A stretch of DNA of 42,338 bases from Parcubacteria group bacterium GW2011_GWC1_36_108 (lineage in GTDB: Bacteria > Patescibacteriota > Minisyncoccia > Moranbacterales > GWC2-37-73), in contig LBRD01000001.1 of the NCBI GenBank assembly GCA_000991245.1, positions 135,467 to 177,804 of the forward strand, in the 5' to 3' direction. A program made the position numbers and the translations under genes. The notes beneath the pieces were generated by a model that saw only the letters and a list, made by a program, of their open reading frames with translations, made no database searches and was not told the origin of the DNA. Positions 9,350 through 15,918 of the stretch are shown here, one piece after another; the stretch's first letter is position 1; every line of letters begins with the position of its first letter.

Positions 9350-10660
9350 TTACGCTGAATATTTTAATAACATTATAAGTTCCACCTCACGAACAACCTT
9401 TTCAGCGCTGCCTTTGTATAATCCTGCGCCACCTAGCTTCTTTGATGTATCAAGTCGTTGCTGAAGCCCAAATCTATCAATCCTGTTTTCCACTCGCAAT
9501 TTTATAAATGACCTGAATCGAAGCGTTATTTCATCATCAAGTTTCAAATGATACAAGTCTGCCAAATAATCTGAAAATGTAATGATATTTGTTTCTTGAT
9601 CGCTGTTTAAAATTTCAGCTTGCGACAAGATTTTTTTCGTGCGATCAGTAAACGACATTGCTCTTATTTTGTTCCAGCCAGCACCACCTTTGTCAAAATC
9701 CAAATCCAATTTTTCTGAAAGTCCCGTGCTATCAATATTTTTAAACAAAAATTCTTTCAACAAATTTTCAGCAGCACCAACCTGCTCCTCATTGAGTTCC
9801 GAAATAATATGCGTAAGCAATTGCTTTGCTTTAAAGGGAATGAGCAAAACTCCAACCTGTTGCAATGACAAATTTTTAAATGTGCGCATCAAAAGTTTAA
9901 GCTCGCTAGAAATTTCATCTGGCGTCGCAGCAACATCTTTGATCAACGCTTCCTTAGGACGCTTGTCGTGATTTACTTCCTCACTAACTTTCTTTCCGTC
10001 CTTCATATGAATGATGCGATCGGCATAAATAAGGTGCTCCGGATTATGAGTAACCATAATCAACGTTTTCTTGTCAATTTCATTGATTTCTTTAAAAATA
10101 TCCAGCACATTTTGCGCAGATTCACTGTCCAAATTCCCCACGGGTTCATCAGCCAAAATAATCTCTGGATTGTTTACCAAGGCTCGAGCGATAGAAACAC
10201 GTTGTTTTTGACCACCAGAAAGTTGTGCCGGAAATTTATCGGCCTGCTCGGAAATGCTAAAACGTCTCAAAAGTTCCATTGCTTTTTCGCGCCTTTCTTT
10301 CAGATTTTCACCACGAAAAACTTTAGGCAAACAAACATTGTCCAAAACAGTCAGCGTTTCAATAAGATAAAAGGCTTGAAAAACCATTCCTACTCGTGTC
10401 TGATGAAACTCCACCGTTTCCCGCTTTGTCATTTGTGCAAGATTTTTTCCCTGCACAATCACATCGCCATACGTCGGAGCCTGAAGTCCTGAAATTCCAT
10501 ACAATAAAGTCGACTTCCCACAACCAGAAGGTCCATAAATAATAATATATTCTTCAGGATAAATTTCCACACTAACACCATCCAACGAACGAACTTCGTT
10601 GGACTTTCCTTTGTTATATATAACCCTGAGCTGGTCAACCTTTATACATGGCTCGATCAT
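9350..10660 (-). CDS. ABC transporter ATP-binding protein (MacB/LolD-like) with a C-terminal extension of about 200 aa and unknown function
   Basis: 436 aa with Walker A GPSGCGKST, signature LSGGQKQR and Walker B ILADEP. Residues from about 235 to 436 have no motif I recognise. Confidence 0.9.
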   Translation of the reverse strand: MIEPCIKVDQLRVIYNKGKSNEVRSLDGVSVEIYPEEYIIIYGPSGCGKSTLLYGISGLQAPTYGDVIVQGKNLAQMTKRETVEFHQTRVGMVFQAFYLIETLTVLDNVCLPKVFRGENLKERREKAMELLRRFSISEQADKFPAQLSGGQKQRVSIARALVNNPEIILADEPVGNLDSESAQNVLDIFKEINEIDKKTLIMVTHNPEHLIYADRIIHMKDGKKVSEEVNHDKRPKEALIKDVAATPDEISSELKLLMRTFKNLSLQQVGVLLIPFKAKQLLTHIISELNEEQVGAAENLLKEFLFKNIDSTGLSEKLDLDFDKGGAGWNKIRAMSFTDRTKKILSQAEILNSDQETNIITFSDYLADLYHLKLDDEITLRFRSFIKLRVENRIDRFGLQQRLDTSKKLGGAGLYKGSAEKVVREVELIMLLKYSA

Positions 10661-10668
10661 TTTTCTTG

Positions 10669-10711
10669 CCCCGTGAAATTATTTTGTACTCAAAATACTA
10701 TTTCACTGGGG
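10669..10711 (-). promoter_or_regulatory. Stable hairpin in the 5' leader of the ABC-transporter operon
   Basis: ccccgtgaaat (10669-10679) pairs with atttcactgggg (10700-10711), an 11-bp stem with one bulge. It ends 9 nt upstream of the ATPase start, and no U-run follows it on the minus strand. Confidence 0.35.
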
Positions 10712-10822
10712 TTATTTTATTTTTATGTTTCTTTTAAATCCACAAAACAGCTTGCACAATTTCAGCGCATCTAATTAATATAATATTAACATAAAAAACC
10801 AAAACAGTACACAAATTGTTCA

Positions 10823-10858
10823 CAAAAAAAACGAACTACTGTGGATAAGTAGTTCGTT
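10823..10858 (-). terminator. Rho-independent terminator after the ArsR-family gene
   Basis: The stem pairs acgaactact with agtagttcgt (10 bp) around a 7-nt loop. A run of U follows on the minus strand (A-run 10824-10830 on plus). Confidence 0.7.
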
Positions 10859-10885
10859 TAATTTGAAATACGAAAAAATCAGATA

Positions 10886-11197
10886 TTACACATTCATAAG
10901 CTTCAAAAACATTTGATTGTATTCCTTGATTTTCTTTGCATTGACGCTATAGTGTCTGAATGTTCCCTCTCTTTTTTCCACCAAAAGATCAACACTTTTC
11001 AACTTAGAAATATGATGGGATGTTAGATTCTGAGGAAGTTTTAATTTACTATGAATATCAGTTACATTCAAAGAACCTTTCTCAAGCAACACCAAAATTC
11101 TCAACCTGTTTTCATCAGACACAATTTTTAAAAACTTGTTAACTTCCAAAAACTGCTTATCTGGCTGCTTACCAATTTTTTTCACTGCTTTTTTCAT
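10886..11197 (-). CDS. ArsR/SmtB-family metalloregulator-like transcription factor
   Basis: 103 aa with a winged-HTH pattern: DENRLRILVLLEKGSLNVTDIHSKLKLPQNLTSHHISKLKSVDLLVEKREGTFRHYSV. Confidence 0.85.
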   Translation of the reverse strand: MKKAVKKIGKQPDKQFLEVNKFLKIVSDENRLRILVLLEKGSLNVTDIHSKLKLPQNLTSHHISKLKSVDLLVEKREGTFRHYSVNAKKIKEYNQMFLKLMNV

Positions 11198-11221
11198 ACT
11201 TTTTTATTAACCGACCCTGTC

Positions 11222-11311
11222 AATTCGCTCCTACCAATTAAAAGGTAGTAAAATTGCCAAAATGGCTTTTTAAATTAATTCGTTCCTACCAATTAAAAGG
11301 TAGTAAAATTG
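11222..11311. promoter_or_regulatory. Two 35-bp direct repeats, each containing the palindrome CTACC-N8-GGTAG. Candidate operators upstream of the ArsR-family gene.
   Basis: 11222-11256 (aattcgctcctaccaattaaaaggtagtaaaattg) and 11277-11311 are identical except for one base. The repeat period is 55 bp, located 25-115 bp upstream of the arsR-like start. Confidence 0.5.
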
Positions 11312-11424
11312 TTAAAATACCTGCTTTTAATAATTATTTTTGTTAATTAGAGGCACTTCTATCACTTATACGCAACATCAATTGAAAATATTTCATAATT
11401 TAATATATTCAATGCCCATTGTTA

Positions 11425-12609
11425 TTATTTACGAAGAAGTTCCATTAGTCTATGATAGAACCTCAGGTTATGCACCGAGGCAAGCTTTAAAAAAAATGGT
11501 TCATCAGTCCTAAGCAAGTGATTAAGATAGGCTTTAGTGAAGTTTTTACAAGCATAACAATCACACTGCGAATCTATAGGGGTAAAATCCTCTTTAAATT
11601 GTTCGTTATTAATGTTTATCGTTTCATAAAAAGAATTACCCTCCATAGCATTTGATATTTGATATTTGACATTTGACATTTCGCGCCAGCGAAACAATCG
11701 CCCATGTCTTCCTTCGCGCGTAGGAATCACACAATCAAACATATCCATCCCAGCTTCCACTGCAGCCGCCAATTCTTCTGGTTTACCCAAGCCCATCAAA
11801 TAGCGAGGCTTATCAACTGGCAGAAATGGAACCACCCACTTTAAAATATCATAGAGGTGTTTTCTGGGCTCTCCTACTGCAACACCTCCAATGGCATATC
11901 CATCCCAGCCTGAAACTGGCCCACCTAGAGCGGAAAAATCAATACTCATCAATTGGTGCACACTCTCCTTTCTCAAGTCTTCATATATACTTCCCTGCAC
12001 AATACAAAATAAAAGCGGTCTACCTTTTACATATTTTTCCGAATTTTCAGCCACCTTCTTGTGAAAATGTTTAAAGCAACGAGCTGCCCACCTTGTTGTA
12101 AGCTCCAAAGATTTTTTTGCATCCTTGTGAGAACACGGAAAGGGTGGGCATTCATCCAGCACCATAATCATATCACTACCGAGATTAAGTTGAATGTCAA
12201 TGGATTTTTCCGGCGACATAAAATGCTTGCTGCCATTGATTGGATCAATAAAATTAACGCCTTTTTCAGCAAGAGAAACCCCGCTTGATCCATATTTTTC
12301 CTTGGCGCGCGCACCCAAAGAAAAAACTTGATATCCTCCCGAGTCTGTCAAAATAGGACCATTCCAATTCATAAATTTATGAAGTCCTCCAGCCTTAGCA
12401 ATGAGTTCATCTCCTGGCCTAAGCCAGAGATGATATGTATTGCCAAGCACAATCTGCGCCCCAACAGCAATCAAATCCTCAGGTGAAACATTTTTTACCG
12501 CACCCTTGGTTGCAATCGGCATAAAAAACGGCGTTTCAATAACTCCGCTCTTAGTGTGCAGTTTTCCAATGCGCTTATTATTTTTTTGTAACAATAATTC
12601 AAACATCAT
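11425..12609 (-). CDS. tgt: Queuine tRNA-ribosyltransferase
   Basis: 394 aa with FMPIATKGAVK, LGNTYHL, DSGGYQ and the zinc site CDCYACKN...H. Confidence 0.95.
   Translation of the reverse strand: MMFELLLQKNNKRIGKLHTKSGVIETPFFMPIATKGAVKNVSPEDLIAVGAQIVLGNTYHLWLRPGDELIAKAGGLHKFMNWNGPILTDSGGYQVFSLGARAKEKYGSSGVSLAEKGVNFIDPINGSKHFMSPEKSIDIQLNLGSDMIMVLDECPPFPCSHKDAKKSLELTTRWAARCFKHFHKKVAENSEKYVKGRPLLFCIVQGSIYEDLRKESVHQLMSIDFSALGGPVSGWDGYAIGGVAVGEPRKHLYDILKWVVPFLPVDKPRYLMGLGKPEELAAAVEAGMDMFDCVIPTREGRHGRLFRWREMSNVKYQISNAMEGNSFYETININNEQFKEDFTPIDSQCDCYACKNFTKAYLNHLLRTDEPFFLKLASVHNLRFYHRLMELLRK
11650..11681. repeat. Heptamer tandem array inside tgt
   Basis: atttgat atttgat atttgac atttgac attt. On the minus strand it encodes MSNVKYQISNA. 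Confidence 0.85.
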
Positions 12610-12660
12610 ATCACTCTATCAAAAAAAAGAAGGGATGTAAAGACATATCTTCTCTTTTTT

Positions 12661-12688
12661 GTTGTATTTTGTATGTTGTATGTTGTAT
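12661..12688. repeat. Heptamer tandem array, intergenic
   Basis: gttgtat tttgtat gttgtat gttgtat, lying between the stop of the 636-aa gene and the tgt start. Confidence 0.85.
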
Positions 12689-12689
12689 T

Positions 12690-14600
12690 TTATTTAATCA
12701 CTTTACCATTCATAAATCCTACAGTTTTGTCTTCCGGCAATATTGTACTTTTCATATTATTCTTAAGCATTATTTCCTGTTCAACAAAGTCATCTTTCGC
12801 AGTAAAAACAGATTCTTTAAGCAAATCCAGTGCATTGCCAATTTGACTAGCCTGAGGTGTCACGCCAATTTGAAAAGCAACTTCTCGTGGCAAACCAAGA
12901 ACTCCAGCTCCTGCCAAGATTTTTCCAGCCTCCCAGACAAGCTGATTGGTTCTAGCATTATATGAAATTTTTTCATTTGGAGGAAAAACTTGATCCACCC
13001 AGCGCACGCCAGATGGCAAAGCAGAAACAACTTTAGCCTCGGAAATATCATTAGAAACGTTGATAATTTGCCAATGAATCGTGAACGTAGTTTCTTTTCC
13101 GGTTTCAAGTGGAATTGGTCCGGAATTTTTTATTTTAGCATCAGAATAATATCCATTGGTCTCAAAAATTACTTTTGAAGCAACCTTCAATTCAAGCTTA
13201 TTGCTTCCAATAATTTTATTTGAATCTATAGGTGTCGGAATATCAGGACTATCAATTTTCGCAAGCGAAGAAATGACAAAGTTTTTATCCAATTTATTTT
13301 CAACTGGAATAATCGCCTTTACTGGAATTGTAAAACGCACCACTCCCTTGGCTTTTGGATTAATATTTGCCAATTCAGGCACGTCAGAAGCTTTCCAGAT
13401 TATAAGATTTTTTGCACTGTCATATGATCCTTTTTCTACGCTTATTTTGGAAAAATCCAGCGCACTTCCTTTTATTTCTGCAGTCACAATTGCATCTCGC
13501 AAACCAGTATCGCCAGTGTTTTGATATGTTACTACATATTTAAGAAGTTCTCCCGCCACAACAACACTGCCACTTTTCCCATCCAATGTTTGCACCAAAG
13601 ATAAAACCGGAGAAACAATACGAGTTGTTAATTCTTGTTTGTTATACACAATGAATTCATTTTCATTGCCCATATGCCCAAGTGAAACAGTGATACCCTT
13701 TGCTTCATTAGCACTTCCTTTAATTTTTCCTTGAATGGTTATTTTTCCTCCCTGATCTGGCTCCAAATTTCCGACATACCAATAAGAATTTTTTTCTGAT
13801 GATGCTGGCTGAGAACTTCCCATCTCAAAACCCTGGGGAAATGTAACGCGAATTTGCACATCGCCAATTCTTCTCACATCAAGATTCTTATAATCAATAA
13901 CATATTCTAAGCCATCTCCATCAACTGCCTGCTGAGGTGCAGCGACACCCAAGAATACTGGCGCCGCAGTAATATTTACCCCTATTTGATTGCTCATTGA
14001 AAGTTCAACAGTGCCATTTGACGGAACAAAATGAATCTCGCCGCGCAAATAAACTGGAAAATCTTTAGGTGCGTAAAAAATTCCTTTCAATTCAACTTGA
14101 CCACTAATATTTGGTTTGATGTCTCCAATAAATATTTTGCTAGCAGAAGGACTCACATATTTCAAATTAAGATTATCAGTCGGTTGAAAATTTTCAGGAT
14201 AGCTAAGCTCTATTTCAGCATTCTTAAGCGTAGCGCGATTATTATTGGTGTAGTGAATGATATATTTAGTTATCTGAGTACTATCCGTTTCCGTCGGACC
14301 CTCGAAAGAAATGCTCACGCGATCTTGATGAAAGGCATTCTTGGTCCACCAACGATAAAAAAAGGCACCTCCAATTATAAGCAGAATCAATGCAAAAATA
14401 GACACTCCTATCCAGAGTTTCTTTTTTTGCGAAGGAGAAAAACCTTTTTGCGGCTGGTTCCATTGCTGTTCCTGTTCAAAAGGACTCAAGCGCTGACCAA
14501 CACTTGCTTTTGGATCATAACCACTTTGCTCATGATTCCTATTGACCAAATCCTCAGAATTTGGATTATACAATTCCCTATTAAGATCATTAAGCGGCAT
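12690..14600 (-). CDS. Membrane-anchored surface protein with repeated DUF11/CARDB-like beta-sandwich modules
   Basis: 636 aa with one N-terminal TM (LWIGVSIFALILLIIGGAFFY). Repeated segments of the type LKYVVTYQNTGDTGLRDAIVTAEIKG, LEYVIDYKNLD...VQIRVTFP and ITKYIIHYTNNN...AEIELSYP are present. Confidence 0.65.
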   Translation of the reverse strand: MPLNDLNRELYNPNSEDLVNRNHEQSGYDPKASVGQRLSPFEQEQQWNQPQKGFSPSQKKKLWIGVSIFALILLIIGGAFFYRWWTKNAFHQDRVSISFEGPTETDSTQITKYIIHYTNNNRATLKNAEIELSYPENFQPTDNLNLKYVSPSASKIFIGDIKPNISGQVELKGIFYAPKDFPVYLRGEIHFVPSNGTVELSMSNQIGVNITAAPVFLGVAAPQQAVDGDGLEYVIDYKNLDVRRIGDVQIRVTFPQGFEMGSSQPASSEKNSYWYVGNLEPDQGGKITIQGKIKGSANEAKGITVSLGHMGNENEFIVYNKQELTTRIVSPVLSLVQTLDGKSGSVVVAGELLKYVVTYQNTGDTGLRDAIVTAEIKGSALDFSKISVEKGSYDSAKNLIIWKASDVPELANINPKAKGVVRFTIPVKAIIPVENKLDKNFVISSLAKIDSPDIPTPIDSNKIIGSNKLELKVASKVIFETNGYYSDAKIKNSGPIPLETGKETTFTIHWQIINVSNDISEAKVVSALPSGVRWVDQVFPPNEKISYNARTNQLVWEAGKILAGAGVLGLPREVAFQIGVTPQASQIGNALDLLKESVFTAKDDFVEQEIMLKNNMKSTILPEDKTVGFMNGKVIK

Positions 14601-14778
14601 ACTTTTGTTTCTATATTAATTTTTGAGATTATTATAATTATACTATAAAAAACACTTTTCTCAAAAATTTTTATTTTTAAGATACAAAAATCAAAATACA
14701 AACACCAAACTGGCTCGGTTTTGAATTTTGAGATTTAAGTTTTGTTTGATTATTGTATCTTGTATCTTGGTTATTGTC

Positions 14779-15498
14779 TTACAGTGTCCATCTTAAAAAA
14801 TCATCAACAACCAAACGCACACCGTCGCAATCATCTTGCGTAGCCTTAATTTTGGTTAAAGATTTAATTTTATTTTTCAAAAATAATCTGAGCATTTTTA
14901 TGGTGTTTGTACGCACAGACAAAACACAGCTGTCACTGCCATTGCTGCAATGCTGGCATATTGCGCCGCCTTGCTGAGAACTGAAACAAAGAAAATCTTG
15001 CGCTAATTTTTTTCCACAAGAAACACAGTTGTCAACTTCAATAGTATACCCCAGCGCATCCAAAAGCTTCACAATAAACCCCAGTCTTATTATGATATGT
15101 TTTTCTATGTTTTCCTTTGATGAACATTCATTAACTGCTTCCAAATATTCCTTAAGCAATAAAAAAACTTTTTTGTCAGGACTTTCAAAATCAACCAGTT
15201 TCTCAAAAATATTGAGTCCAGCAAAAGTTTCCAAAAGTGCATCGCAATCTCGCTTAAGTGAGATAAAATTGTTTTCAATAATCGAACCGGTTATTTTTCC
15301 AAGTCCACGCGTTCTAACAATTGTAATGTCCGCCAAAGTAATGTTTTCAAGTGATGCCGCTAGCTTGGCATGCGATTTGCGCACACCCTTGGCAAGTGAA
15401 CGAACTTTTCCGCCTTCAAGAGTATAGATTGTATAAATCCTATCAGTTTCACCCACATTCCTCTTATTCAAGATAATCCCAGTGTATTTATATTCCAT
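14779..15498 (-). CDS. recO: DNA repair protein RecO
   Basis: 239 aa. It has an N-terminal OB-fold pattern (GIILNKRNVGETDRIYTIYTLEGGKVRSLAKGVRKS) and a C-terminal zinc motif (CVSCGKK...CQHC). Confidence 0.85.
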   Translation of the reverse strand: MEYKYTGIILNKRNVGETDRIYTIYTLEGGKVRSLAKGVRKSHAKLAASLENITLADITIVRTRGLGKITGSIIENNFISLKRDCDALLETFAGLNIFEKLVDFESPDKKVFLLLKEYLEAVNECSSKENIEKHIIIRLGFIVKLLDALGYTIEVDNCVSCGKKLAQDFLCFSSQQGGAICQHCSNGSDSCVLSVRTNTIKMLRLFLKNKIKSLTKIKATQDDCDGVRLVVDDFLRWTL

Positions 15499-15520
15499 TG
15501 CTTAATTATAGGGTTTTTTA

Positions 15521-15562
15521 GGAAAATAAAAAGGTCACACAAAGCAATTGCCCCGTGTGACC
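15521..15562 (-). terminator. Rho-independent terminator after the 102-aa ORF
   Basis: ggtcacac (15533-15540) pairs with gtgtgacc (15555-15562). UUUUUAUUUU follows on the minus strand. Confidence 0.6.
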
Positions 15563-15576
15563 CAAGATTAATTCCC

Positions 15577-15885
15577 TTATACCGGAAAAATTAAATAGAA
15601 CGCGTACAAGGAAACAGCTGTTGCCACAGACATAACAAGAGTGATAATCATAATTTCTTTTCCCATAAGCCAAGAATTTGGTACGGGGGAGAAATTATTT
15701 TCCTGATCATCTTCTTCTTTTACCTCTTCTGTAACAATAGATTTTGCAAAAAGGTCAAATTCGCATTTCTCGTCCCCTGGTTGAATTGAATATGGCGTAT
15801 ACTGTGAGCTTTCCACAATTAACTCCTTTCTCCTGATTTCCTCAGGATTGGTTTGGAAAAAAATATTTACCACTAACAAAATCAC
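15577..15885 (-). CDS. Hypothetical small protein with a C-terminal transmembrane anchor
   Basis: 102-aa ORF directly downstream of ileS. It has an acidic middle region, a C-terminal TM (IMIITLVMSVATAVSLYAFYLIF) and its own terminator. No family recognised. Confidence 0.4.
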   Translation of the reverse strand: MILLVVNIFFQTNPEEIRRKELIVESSQYTPYSIQPGDEKCEFDLFAKSIVTEEVKEEDDQENNFSPVPNSWLMGKEIMIITLVMSVATAVSLYAFYLIFPV

Positions 15886-15918
15886 TATAAAAAGAACCTA
15901 CTATGTAAAGAAATTATA

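Noticed and set aside
10669-10711. Possible second T-box or related riboswitch upstream of the ABC operon, because its stem (AGUGAAAU/AUUUCAC) resembles a stem in the ileS leader.
   Set aside because: No T-box sequence, antiterminator or terminator follows it. The similarity is limited to one 8-9-nt arm and may be chance in AT-rich DNA.
11222-11311. The tandem repeats at 11222-11311, and the short tandem arrays elsewhere, as a possible CRISPR array.
   Set aside because: There are only two 35-bp repeats, separated by a 20-bp spacer, and no cas genes. The other arrays have 7-8-nt units without spacers.
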